A DNA stretch of 35,578 nucleotides, from NCBI GenBank assembly GCA_964611355.1, contig CAZSYD010000024.1:1-35578 (forward strand). The letters run 5' to 3'. The position numbers and the translations under genes are program-made. This document shows positions 1 through 9,115 of this stretch, one piece after another. Below the pieces are notes generated by a model. That model did no database searches and had not been told where the DNA came from. It was given only the letters and a program-made list of their open reading frames with translations. The first letter of the stretch is position 1; each line of letters begins with the position of its first letter. This DNA comes from an uncultured Ignavibacteriales bacterium (GTDB lineage: Bacteria > Zixibacteria > MSB-5A5 > GN15 > JAAZOE01).

Positions 1-193
1 CAGATTTTGTAGTGATAGTGATTGCGGATGCTTCATAGTGCTTCAGCACCTGTAACTTTTTCAACTCCCTCATACTCATCCTGATAATGTCCTCCCCGAC
101 CATAATCCTCCCTGACTTTTTGGGAGGTATTATAGCCTCTCAACAGGATATTTCTACTTTGCTTAAATAGGACATTATCACTTTGCGGGAACA
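1..193 (-). mobile_element. Left end and transposase N-terminus of an IS1202/ISNCY-like insertion sequence (runs off the window; possibly a remnant)
   Basis: The minus strand begins TGTTCCCGCAAAGTGATAATGTCC at 193. Two 18-nt imperfect direct repeats (145-162 and 169-186, 14/18 identical) lie at a 24-nt period. A GGGAGG RBS precedes the ATG at 103, giving MVGEDIIRMSMRELKKLQVL, which resembles the N-terminus of this transposase group. This ORF is not in the ORF track. Confidence 0.65.
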
Positions 194-296
194 CAGGCCC
201 CTTACAACTATAATAGGATGATTTTATATCTGTGTAATTTAATGCCAATCAGATTGTTATCAGTCACGGGGTAGCCCTGCGAAATAGAGGAAAGCC

Positions 297-325
297 TTGA
301 CATCCCGATGGGAGTATGGTATTTT
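297..325 (+). promoter_or_regulatory. sigma70-type promoter of the polysaccharide operon
   Basis: TTGACA (297-302), 17 nt spacer, TATTTT (320-325) with an upstream TG. It overlaps the ATG at 316, which favours the start at 361. Confidence 0.65.
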
Positions 326-360
326 TCAAAATTAAGTCCAAATTTCATGGTGACAAATTG

Positions 361-1845
361 ATGAAGTCCTTTCAGATAACTGTACCGGTACTGTGTATCG
401 CCTTGATTCTTTTCGGGGTCGCTGTCCCGATATCTGCCCAGGAAGATGCCGGCCGATATGTTTTCGGTCTTGACGCCGAGATGCTGCAACAGCGATTCCA
501 GAGCCTTTTTCAGAATACATACGTTGATCCGGAGGAGTATATCGTCGGCCCCGGTGACAAGATCAGCATCTTTTTTACTTCTGATCAGATTGCAGATGTT
601 TGTTGTGAAATAAATGCCGGCGGGGCGCTTTTTATGAAATCGGTCGGGCAGATTGATTTGGGTTATATAACCCTCGCCGAAGCGATTGAAAAAATCAGTT
701 CCAGAGTTCGAGAAAGTTATGCCAACGCTGAATTTGCCGTTCAACTGACCGGGTTCCGGATCGTCAGAATCAATATCATGGGCGAGGTCGAACGGCCGGG
801 GATTTACTATGCGCCGGCGATCTGGCGAACGTCTGAAGTTATCGATATGGCCGGTGGATATACAGCCAATGCCCTTATTCGAAAGATCATCCTGCAAGGA
901 TTCGGCCGCGTGTATAAGGCCGATATAATAAGCTATCAGGCGCTTGGCGATCCGAAAAACAACCCGCTGATCTGCAAAGGGAACATAATCGAAGTGCCGC
1001 ATCGGAATGACGCCGGAGGATATGTATCGATTTCCGGCAAGGTCAATCGTCCGGGGACTTTTACCTTTGTTGACGGCGATTGTCTGGGTGACCTGATCGC
1101 CTTTGCCGAGGGTATCGAGGGCAATCCGGCCGATATGGAGATCGTAATCTCATTAGCCGACGGCGTCGAAACCGAGCGTTTCGACGCCGCTTCTGCGGAA
1201 GCCCTCAATTGGGAACTCTCGCCCGGCGATAATGTAAACCTGGTATGGAAGAAGGACCGCAAGAATTTCGGGACGGTTGACATTTTCGGAGCCGTCCGGC
1301 GGCCGGGGAAGTATAAAATTTCCAAAGAGCACTTTACCCTTAAATATCTTCTCCAGTTATGCGGCGGCGCAGGCGACGAAGGTTGCGAGGAAATGATTCG
1401 GATTTATCGGCAAACTCGGAGTCAGGCTTTGGGCGAAACGTCGACCAATTTAAATAGCCCGCGTCCTGACGGCAATGATGTTGGCGTTTCAAATATCAAT
1501 TACCGGCCGCCACCAAGGACTCTGATCAGTCTGAATCCTCGCCAACCCCGCGATCCATCCAGTCTCCGGTTGATCGACGGTGATTCCCTGTATATTCCTT
1601 ATGCAACCGGAATGGTTTCGGTGACAGGGGCGGTGGTTTCGCCCGGCCTGGTTCGGCATATTCATGGCAAAGGAGTCGAGTATTACATAAAGGAGGCCGG
1701 CGGGCCGGGGTTTGACGCCGACAAGAACCGAGCCGTGATCATCAACCCGGTTACCGGCGCTCGGATCAGCGCTTCCCGGGTAGATCAACTGCTGGACGGC
1801 GAAATCCTGTATATTCCCCGTAAAGAAAGCAAAGCGAGACCTTAA
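361..1845 (+). CDS. SLBB-repeat polysaccharide export protein (OPX, Wza/KpsD-like)
   Basis: Signal peptide ending ISA-QE. Poly_export-like YIVGPGDKISIF. Repeated SLBB motifs (GEVERPGIY, GKVNRPGTF, GAVRRPGKY, GAVVSPG). Confidence 0.88.
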   Translation: MKSFQITVPVLCIALILFGVAVPISAQEDAGRYVFGLDAEMLQQRFQSLFQNTYVDPEEYIVGPGDKISIFFTSDQIADVCCEINAGGALFMKSVGQIDLGYITLAEAIEKISSRVRESYANAEFAVQLTGFRIVRINIMGEVERPGIYYAPAIWRTSEVIDMAGGYTANALIRKIILQGFGRVYKADIISYQALGDPKNNPLICKGNIIEVPHRNDAGGYVSISGKVNRPGTFTFVDGDCLGDLIAFAEGIEGNPADMEIVISLADGVETERFDAASAEALNWELSPGDNVNLVWKKDRKNFGTVDIFGAVRRPGKYKISKEHFTLKYLLQLCGGAGDEGCEEMIRIYRQTRSQALGETSTNLNSPRPDGNDVGVSNINYRPPPRTLISLNPRQPRDPSSLRLIDGDSLYIPYATGMVSVTGAVVSPGLVRHIHGKGVEYYIKEAGGPGFDADKNRAVIINPVTGARISASRVDQLLDGEILYIPRKESKARP

Positions 1846-3042
1846 ATGGAAGAATCAAACCGCAGTTTTAACCTGTGGAAAATGCTTTTGGTAATTGCCC
1901 GGCGCAAAAAATTTATCATCGGCCTTGTGCTTTTGTCGACCGTGGCGGCAGTGGTTATTGCCCTGATATTGCCCAAATGGTATCGCGCCAAAACGTCGAT
2001 TCTTCCCTCGCAGTACGACCAGCCGTTGGGCATAACCGGCAGCTTTGCCCAGTTATCGCTGTCGTCGGCCGGATTTGAACTGCCGATTATGGTTACCCCG
2101 TCCGACGTATATGCCACCATACTCAAGTCGGAAACGATCGCCCGCGCCGTTATAGAGGAAAATAATCTGCCTGACCATTTGGGGATAAAGTCCGTCCACG
2201 AATGCCGTCTATATCTCCGGGATAAAACGGAAATAGACGTTACCGGCGAGGGTATCGTTGAGGTTTATTTCGAAGACAGAGATCCGGAAACGGCCGCCCG
2301 GGTAGCCAATAGTTATATCAGCAACCTGGATAGGCTGAACCGCCGGATCAAGGCAAGCAAGGCCGGATCGGATAAAGAGTTCATCGGGCATCGACTCAAT
2401 ACCACCGTTGCGCTGCTTGACAGCGCCCGGGCGAAAATGCTCGCTTTCCAAAAAAAACATAAAGCAATTGATTTGGAACAGCAGAAAGAAATGGCCATTT
2501 CGGCAGCATCGGAGCTCAAGAAGAGGCTGGCGCTTGTCGAGGTTTCACTGGAAGTAAAAAGGAAGATTTATTCGGACGCTCACCCGGAAGTCCGCCGACT
2601 AAAAAACGAAGTCGATCAACTGAAGCGGCAGTTGACGGTCATCGAGAAAGGTTCCGGCCGCGATAATTCGTATTTCGGGCTGGCGCTGGAAGATATGCCG
2701 CAGTTGGCGGTCAGGTATGCGGAACTGGAAGCGGATATTGAAATCCAGGAGAAGGTTCGGGATCTGCTTACAGGCCTGTACGAAGAAGCCAGGATAAAAG
2801 AACAAAAGGATACGCCGACAATTTCGGTGCTGGAAACGGCTTATCCCCCGAAAATCAAGTATCGCCCGAAACGGACAATAATCGTCTGCGCCGCTTTTGG
2901 TATTTCGCTGCTGTTGGCTGTCTTTATCGCCTTGTTTGCAGATTACCTGGAGAATCTCCGGCGCAATTCGCCTTCCGATTTTGAACTGGTGAATCAGGTC
3001 CGGGATGAAATAACCGGAAAAACCGGCTATACCGATTCCTGA
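1846..3042 (+). CDS. Polysaccharide co-polymerase / chain-length determinant (Wzz/GNVR-type, no kinase domain)
   Basis: N-terminal TM followed by PKWYRAKTSILP, a coiled-coil periplasmic region with HPEV, and a Pro-rich AYPPKIKYRPKR before the C-terminal TM. Joined to the upstream gene by TAAATG. Confidence 0.88.
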   Translation: MEESNRSFNLWKMLLVIARRKKFIIGLVLLSTVAAVVIALILPKWYRAKTSILPSQYDQPLGITGSFAQLSLSSAGFELPIMVTPSDVYATILKSETIARAVIEENNLPDHLGIKSVHECRLYLRDKTEIDVTGEGIVEVYFEDRDPETAARVANSYISNLDRLNRRIKASKAGSDKEFIGHRLNTTVALLDSARAKMLAFQKKHKAIDLEQQKEMAISAASELKKRLALVEVSLEVKRKIYSDAHPEVRRLKNEVDQLKRQLTVIEKGSGRDNSYFGLALEDMPQLAVRYAELEADIEIQEKVRDLLTGLYEEARIKEQKDTPTISVLETAYPPKIKYRPKRTIIVCAAFGISLLLAVFIALFADYLENLRRNSPSDFELVNQVRDEITGKTGYTDS

Positions 3043-3168
3043 TTCGGAGCGGCTGTGAACTTCACCTCGCCCTGTTTAACCCTCATGCCAATAGCCGTGA
3101 GCCGTGTTTTTCCCATGATGTAGAAGACAAAAAATAAGCGATAAAAATGCAGCATAAAGGATAAATTT

Positions 3169-3927
3169 ATGGCCAGCCAGGTAATAGACCAAAGCGCCCT
3201 TATCGGAGACGGCGCCGCCATCGGCGAATATGTCGTCATAGGGAAAAACGTTAAGATCGGGGAAGGATGTGTTATCGGTCATCACGTAGTCATCCATGAC
3301 GATACCGTTTTAGGCGATAATATCCGCGTCGATGATCACAGCGTCATCGGCAAAAAACCGATGCGCGCGGCCAATACGGCCGTAACCAAAGATCAACAAC
3401 TGCCTCCCTGCCGGATCGGCAGCGATAGCATCATCGGCGCCGGAACCGTCATTTATCGCGGTTCAACACTGGGCCAAAAGGCGCTCATCGCCGATCTTGC
3501 GACGGTACGCGAGAACGTGAGTATCGGTGATTATACCATTGTCGGGCGCGGTGTGGCAATTGAGAATTTCTGCACCATCGGCCGTTATTGCAAAATCGAA
3601 ACCAATGTTTATATCACGGCCTACTCGGAGCTGGGCGACCGCGTTTTCGTCGCCCCTTGCGCGGCCACTTCGAATGATAATTTCGTCGGGCGCACCGAGG
3701 AGCGTTTCAAGCATTTCAAAGGAATAATTGCCGAAAAAGGAGCCCGCATCGGCGTCAACGCGACTATCCTCCCGGGCAAGCGTATTGAGCCCGATGCTCT
3801 GGTGGCAGCGGGAGCGGTGGTGACCAAAGACGTTCCGGCCAAACGGATATTCGCCGGTATGCCTGCTAAAGATTTCGGCCCGGTTCCCGAAGAACAACTT
3901 CTTGAAAACCAGGAATGGCCCGAGTAA
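3169..3927 (+). CDS. Left-handed beta-helix nucleotide-sugar N-acetyltransferase (WbpD-like)
   Basis: Hexapeptide repeats throughout and a C-terminal GVNATILPG...AAGAVVTKDVP...AGMPAK motif. Confidence 0.85.
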   Translation: MASQVIDQSALIGDGAAIGEYVVIGKNVKIGEGCVIGHHVVIHDDTVLGDNIRVDDHSVIGKKPMRAANTAVTKDQQLPPCRIGSDSIIGAGTVIYRGSTLGQKALIADLATVRENVSIGDYTIVGRGVAIENFCTIGRYCKIETNVYITAYSELGDRVFVAPCAATSNDNFVGRTEERFKHFKGIIAEKGARIGVNATILPGKRIEPDALVAAGAVVTKDVPAKRIFAGMPAKDFGPVPEEQLLENQEWPE

Positions 3928-3937
3928 GGAGGCAGAT

Positions 3938-5038
3938 ATGGCGGTACCGTTGATCGATGTGACCAGGCAATATGCTCCCATCAGGGATGAAATAGATAAA
4001 GCCATTGGAAAGGTGATTGATCACTGCCGGTTTATCCTTGGCCCGGAAGTCAAGCAGTTCGAGGCCGAGATAGCGAAATTCTGCGGCGCGAAATATGCCG
4101 TTGGCGTCGCCTCCGGCACCGATGCTTTGCTTTTGTCGCTTCGCGCCTGTGGCATCGGGCCGGGCGACGAAGTGATAACCTCCGACTTCTCCTTTTTTTC
4201 TTCCGCCGGCGTGGTAAGTCGTCTCGGCGCTCGTCCGGTTTTTGTCGATATCGACTTGAACATCTACAATATGGATCCGGCCCGGATTGAAAAAGCCATC
4301 ACTTCCCGTACTAAAGTTATCATGCCGGTTCATCTGTTTGGCCAGTGTGCCGACATGGACCCGATTCTTGAAATCGCCCGAAAACATAATCTCAAGGTAG
4401 TCGAAGATGCCGCCCAGGCAATCGGCGGCAGGTATAAAAACCGAAGCGCCGGAACAATCGGCGACGCGGGCTGTTTCTCATTTTTCCCGACCAAAAACCT
4501 GGGCTGCTCCGGCGACGGCGGGATGGTCGTAACCAACAATGATGAAATCGCCGAAATGGTAAGAATTCTCCGGGTGCACGGAGGAAAATCGGAATATAGT
4601 CACGAGATAGTCGGATATAATTCCCGGCTGGATACTCTTCAGGCGGCCCTGCTTCTGGTGAAACTGCCGCATCTGAAGGCCTGGACTGAAGCTCGTCGCA
4701 AGAATGCCGCGCGGTACGACGATGCATTTAAGGACTTGCCGATTAAAACTCCGGTCGCATGGAAGGAAAATTATCATATATACAACCAGTACACAATCGC
4801 CGTTGAAAACCGAAAAGAATTGGTTGAAAGGCTCAAGGAACGGCAGATCGGTCACAAAATATATTATCCGCTGTCGTTTCACCTGCAGGAATGTTTCGGC
4901 GGTCTCAATTACAAGCACGGCGATTTCCCCGACAGCGAAAAAGCGGCGGAAGCGGTTGTTTCTATTCCAATCTTCGGAGAAATGACCGACCGCGAGCAAC
5001 AAGAGGTCATTGATACCATCAGGCGGTTTTATTCCTGA
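3938..5038 (+). CDS. DegT/DnrJ/EryC1/StrS PLP-dependent sugar aminotransferase (WbpE-like)
   Basis: ASGTDAL, PVHLFGQ, EDAAQAIG, SFFPTKNLG (PLP Lys) and GYNSRLDTLQAA. AGGAGG RBS before the ATG at 3938. Confidence 0.93.
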   Translation: MAVPLIDVTRQYAPIRDEIDKAIGKVIDHCRFILGPEVKQFEAEIAKFCGAKYAVGVASGTDALLLSLRACGIGPGDEVITSDFSFFSSAGVVSRLGARPVFVDIDLNIYNMDPARIEKAITSRTKVIMPVHLFGQCADMDPILEIARKHNLKVVEDAAQAIGGRYKNRSAGTIGDAGCFSFFPTKNLGCSGDGGMVVTNNDEIAEMVRILRVHGGKSEYSHEIVGYNSRLDTLQAALLLVKLPHLKAWTEARRKNAARYDDAFKDLPIKTPVAWKENYHIYNQYTIAVENRKELVERLKERQIGHKIYYPLSFHLQECFGGLNYKHGDFPDSEKAAEAVVSIPIFGEMTDREQQEVIDTIRRFYS

Positions 5039-5090
5039 AGTTGTGTTTCAGCTAATACATGGCCGTAGTTAATTTCCTGTATAGAGATAA

Positions 5091-6656
5091 ATGAACGACA
5101 GATCCGATTCGATCAAAAAGGCCACCGTCGGCATCGCGCTTCTGGTTTTGGTCTCGAAAGGTCTAGGTTTCTTGCGCGAAGCGGTTATTGCCTGCAAGTT
5201 CGGCACCGGCATCGAATATGACGTTTATCTCATCGGCATCTCCATTCCCGCCGCCCTGTACGCCTTATTCGGCTATTCGTTTTACAACCTGTTGATACCT
5301 GATTATTCCCGGGCGGCGGTTCATCATGACAAGAGAAGCGCCATGGCAAAAGTGTTGAGCGAGTTTTACTTTGCCCTGTTTGGCAGTCTGGCAGCCGCGC
5401 TTTTGATTATTGTCGCGGCGCCTTACCTGATTCACCTGATTGCCCCGGGACTGGATTCCCGCCATTTACCCGAAGCCGTTCTGATTGTCAGGGTGTCGTC
5501 ATCAATTATCATTCTGTCCGTATTGGAATCGTTTTTTCGCTCCGTGCTAAATTCGGAAAAGCGTTTTATAATTCCGGCCGCAGGCCCGATTCTGGCTAAT
5601 ATCGTTGTCATAAGTTCGGTAATTCTCCTGGCCGGACGGATATCCACAAAGGCAATACTGTACGGTCTGGTGACAGGCTATTTGGCGCAGGTAGCGTTCG
5701 TATTCGTCCCTTTTCGCCGCATCGGCTTCCTTAAATATATTCATGCCCGCGTGTTTGAACGAAATATCGGGAGGTTTTTCGTTACGGCCGTAATTATTTT
5801 GATTATCGAAGGAGCCTCGCAGGTTTATGCCGTTGTCGATCGATACTTCGCTTCGTTCATGGAAGCCGGCGTAGTTTCGGCGCTGGGGTATGCCTACATT
5901 CTCCTGATGCTTCCCATATCGATTTTCGCCTACGCCTTATCGACGGCTATATTTCCCTTCCTGAGCGATGCCTTTGTCGATAACGATCGATCTCGGAGCG
6001 GTTATCTTTTATCACGAGGTATTTCGATTTCATTGCTTCTCGCTTTGCCGGTGACGGTGATATTCTGGGTATTTGCCGATCAGATAGTGATGCTTCTTTT
6101 TCGTCGGGGCGCCTTCGATCTGGAGTCGGTGGAAATTACCTCGAACCTGCTGCGCTATTTCGCTCTTGGGCTGGTCGGTCAGTTCCTGCTATGGATAATG
6201 TCGCGCGCATACTATGCCGCTAAAAAATACCATATCCTGATGGCTCAGGTGGCGGTGATGCTGATCGCCAAGATTGCCCTGGCGGCGCCCGCCGTTAATG
6301 CCTTCGGATACATCGGCCTGGCGATATCGAGCAGTATCAGCTACACCCTGGGAGCGATTTTACTTCTAATCTTTGCGGGCAAATGCCTGACGCCCATTGA
6401 CGCGCGAAGGCTTCTTATGTATTTTTCAAAGCTGGCGGTATCGACGGCGGCCGGCTGGCTGGCGGCTCAATTTCTCAAGGGTTGGATTGTTGCCGATAAA
6501 GAAAGCTTTTTCGAGTTGGCGGTATCTTTGGGTATTGCTGTTTTCGCGTCACTTGTCGTTTTTATCGCTGTTTCGTACTTAATGAACATAGCGGATGTTC
6601 GTAATCTTTCAGGTATCTGGAGGAGAAAACATAAAGTCGATGCCAACTCGCGTTAG
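5091..6656 (+). CDS. MurJ/MviN-family lipid-linked oligosaccharide flippase
   Basis: Polytopic membrane protein with SKGLGFLRE, VDRYFAS, LPI..LSTAIFP and FRRGAFD motifs of the MurJ family. Confidence 0.85.
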   Translation: MNDRSDSIKKATVGIALLVLVSKGLGFLREAVIACKFGTGIEYDVYLIGISIPAALYALFGYSFYNLLIPDYSRAAVHHDKRSAMAKVLSEFYFALFGSLAAALLIIVAAPYLIHLIAPGLDSRHLPEAVLIVRVSSSIIILSVLESFFRSVLNSEKRFIIPAAGPILANIVVISSVILLAGRISTKAILYGLVTGYLAQVAFVFVPFRRIGFLKYIHARVFERNIGRFFVTAVIILIIEGASQVYAVVDRYFASFMEAGVVSALGYAYILLMLPISIFAYALSTAIFPFLSDAFVDNDRSRSGYLLSRGISISLLLALPVTVIFWVFADQIVMLLFRRGAFDLESVEITSNLLRYFALGLVGQFLLWIMSRAYYAAKKYHILMAQVAVMLIAKIALAAPAVNAFGYIGLAISSSISYTLGAILLLIFAGKCLTPIDARRLLMYFSKLAVSTAAGWLAAQFLKGWIVADKESFFELAVSLGIAVFASLVVFIAVSYLMNIADVRNLSGIWRRKHKVDANSR

Positions 6657-8043
6657 TCATATTCCGTTTTTTGGAAGGTTGTATATCTCCGATACCAAAC
6701 TGCTTGCCGCGGCGGCAATGTATGCCCTGCCGCTGGTAACCCTGCTTATGTGGAGACCAAAACTGGGTATTTTTTTTGCGGCGGTTCCTGTCTTTCTTCT
6801 GCTTGTTTCTCACGGACCTTCCGCCATTGCAGTCCTGATTGGGGCCACATTCGTATATGCTCCCCTGACCGACAAGATCGTCTTGCTGCCGGCGGATGCG
6901 GCTGCCCTGATTCTTATCGCCGCGTATATTGTCGATCTCTTGCTTCGCGGCCCGGCCAAAGGAGCCAACCGGCTTGCACGTCCCTATTTATTGTACCTGG
7001 CGGTCATACTGGTTTCTATCAGCCTTGAGGGGTTTACATTTTTATCGGTGCGATTTTTCCTGCGTCAGTTGCTTCTGGCCGGCGTCTTTATGGCGGTTTC
7101 CCATTACGGACATAAGATCAATCCGCGCAATATCCTGATACTGTTTGTCGTTGTGACGGTCATGAATTCGATTTATTCGTTGACGCAGTTTCTCCTGGCG
7201 GGCGGGACAATCAGGGCTTTTGGCCTGGCGGGGCGCGGTTATGGCGACCATGCCATGCTGGCCTTTCTGATCTCGTCGGTTTTCTATATTTGGACCCGCG
7301 ATGTGCGGGCGCGAATTTTGTGGGGGCTGGCCGCGATCCTTACCTTCGGAGCTATGGCTGCCACCCAGACCCGGGCTTCAATGATTACTGCCGGGTGGAG
7401 TTTGGTAATAGTTGTGGTCTTTGCCTTGTGGGCGGGGAGACGGTATAAAATCAATACTCCCGCAAAGAACCTGGCCGTAGCCGTCGGGTTGATGCTTTTG
7501 ATTATTCCCGTTCTGGCCGCTTATACCCCGATGTTTGACGGTATCGTTTATCGTTTCGGCAGAATCGGTCTCCACGCGTCAGAAACCATTCTACTTCGAA
7601 TATCATTATGGAAAGCCGCCCTGGCGGCATTCCGGGGTAATCCGTTCTTTGGTATCGGGGCGGGTAACTTCCCGATGGTCGCTCAGTGGGTGCCGGAAGT
7701 CAGGTTTGATAATATTTTTTATCTGGTCGCCGGTCTTTCGACCCATTCCGTCCTGATGACCGTTCTTGCGGAGACTGGTTTGGCAGGCCTTCTTTCAATG
7801 GCCTTTTTCTTTGGCCGGTCGCTGAAAATCGCCCATTGGGAATTTTTATCGACCGTCATCGATAATGATTTGCCTGTAATGCATTCTCTTTTTGCCGTGT
7901 CTCTGGCGATAATCGGCTCGTCGTTTTACGCGGGGTCGTGGTTCTGGGGAAGCAACAGCTATCATATGGCCTTGTTTTTTGGTCTTATTGCCTCGTATGA
8001 ACAAAGGCTGACGCAAAACGTTTCCGGAGGCGGGGCGGCGTGA
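6640..8043 (+). CDS. O-antigen ligase / Wzy polymerase family membrane protein
   Basis: Many TM segments, TQTRAS, and a Wzy_C-like RISLWKAAL..F..NPFFGIGAGNF..THSVLMTVLAETGLAG. The start at 6640 is inferred from overlap with the flippase end. Confidence 0.82.
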   Translation: MPTRVSHIPFFGRLYISDTKLLAAAAMYALPLVTLLMWRPKLGIFFAAVPVFLLLVSHGPSAIAVLIGATFVYAPLTDKIVLLPADAAALILIAAYIVDLLLRGPAKGANRLARPYLLYLAVILVSISLEGFTFLSVRFFLRQLLLAGVFMAVSHYGHKINPRNILILFVVVTVMNSIYSLTQFLLAGGTIRAFGLAGRGYGDHAMLAFLISSVFYIWTRDVRARILWGLAAILTFGAMAATQTRASMITAGWSLVIVVVFALWAGRRYKINTPAKNLAVAVGLMLLIIPVLAAYTPMFDGIVYRFGRIGLHASETILLRISLWKAALAAFRGNPFFGIGAGNFPMVAQWVPEVRFDNIFYLVAGLSTHSVLMTVLAETGLAGLLSMAFFFGRSLKIAHWEFLSTVIDNDLPVMHSLFAVSLAIIGSSFYAGSWFWGSNSYHMALFFGLIASYEQRLTQNVSGGGAA

Positions 8044-9104
8044 AGGTCGCCATGCTGGCCCAGGCAGGTTCCGTTCACACCATTCGGTGGAGTCAGGGTT
8101 TGGCCAAACGCGGACACCGCCTCTGGATAATCAGCAACAACAGATTAAAGGTTCAAATCCCCGGCGTCGAAACGATACTGCTTCCCGGCTGTTCGCCTGC
8201 GTCGTACTTTTTTAACATCCCGCGCGTGCGAAAACTCCTGCGCCGCATAAGGCCGGACATTGTCCATTCGCATTATGCGACCGGGTACGGTTTATGGGGA
8301 ACCGTTTGGAAAGAAGCTCCCTTAATTGTTACCGTTTGGGGAACCGATATCGAAGACGCATTAAGCAAAAAACTTATGATTGCCCCTATTGTCCGGAGGG
8401 CGCTGGTTTCGGCCAGGTTTGTCACTTCGGCCAGCCGTTTCCTGATTGAAAGAACGATTGCTTTTGAAAATTCGGTTTCAGACAAAATCCATCTTATCCC
8501 CTTCGGAGTTCCGATACCCGAAATCTCAAGCGGAAAAGCAGCCCGCGAAAATGAGGGCGTGATTAGAATAATTTTTGCCAAGGGTTTTCGTCATGCCTAC
8601 GCTCCCGACCTGGTTTTGAAAGCGTTTGCGTCGGCCTGTGAAGAAGATAATCGGCTGCGACTGACGATGATCGGCGGCGGGCCCGACCAAAAAAGATTAG
8701 AAAAGCTGGCGTCCGAACTGAAAGTTTCCGACCGGGCGACCATCAGGGGTTGGCAGAGCATGGACGAGACGGCGCGCCTGATCGAAGATGCCGATATCAT
8801 GGTGATGCCGTCGCGCCGTGAATCATTCGGCGTCGCGGCTCTGGAAGCGATCTCATACGGCGTGCCGGTAATCGCTTCCCGCGTCGGCGGTCTTCCGGAA
8901 ATAATACGACACGGCGTAAACGGCATTCTCGTCCCTTCAGATGATATCAAAGCATTAACGGCGGCCATACTTCGCCTTGCCGCTGATCCCGAACTAAGGC
9001 TGAGGATGGGAAAAACCGGCCATATGATAGCCGCAGAAGAATTTGATTTCGAGGACTGTCTTGACCGGATGGAGGAACTTTACGAAAAAGCTCTGGTTCG
9101 ATAA
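8040..9104 (+). CDS. GT4 family glycosyltransferase
   Basis: PDIVHSH, and PSRRESFGVAALEA..GVPVIASRVGGLPE carrying the EX7E motif. GTGA overlap with the upstream stop. Confidence 0.93.
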   Translation: MKVAMLAQAGSVHTIRWSQGLAKRGHRLWIISNNRLKVQIPGVETILLPGCSPASYFFNIPRVRKLLRRIRPDIVHSHYATGYGLWGTVWKEAPLIVTVWGTDIEDALSKKLMIAPIVRRALVSARFVTSASRFLIERTIAFENSVSDKIHLIPFGVPIPEISSGKAARENEGVIRIIFAKGFRHAYAPDLVLKAFASACEEDNRLRLTMIGGGPDQKRLEKLASELKVSDRATIRGWQSMDETARLIEDADIMVMPSRRESFGVAALEAISYGVPVIASRVGGLPEIIRHGVNGILVPSDDIKALTAAILRLAADPELRLRMGKTGHMIAAEEFDFEDCLDRMEELYEKALVR

Positions 9105-9115
9105 GGCGGAATCGT

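Noticed and set aside
194..240. Possible xrs/dif-like target beside the IS1202-like end
   Set aside because: No convincing XerD arm (TTATGTTAAAT-like) in either orientation.
33..248. 71-aa minus-strand ORF from the track
   Set aside because: It runs across the IS end in a different frame from the RBS-led transposase-like start at 103 and has no recognisable motif.
208..1002. 264-aa antisense ORF
   Set aside because: Shadow of the SLBB export gene with no protein-like motifs.
3043..3168. Searched for an ops/JUMPstart element in the polysaccharide intergenic region
   Set aside because: No GGCGGTAG-type motif seen.
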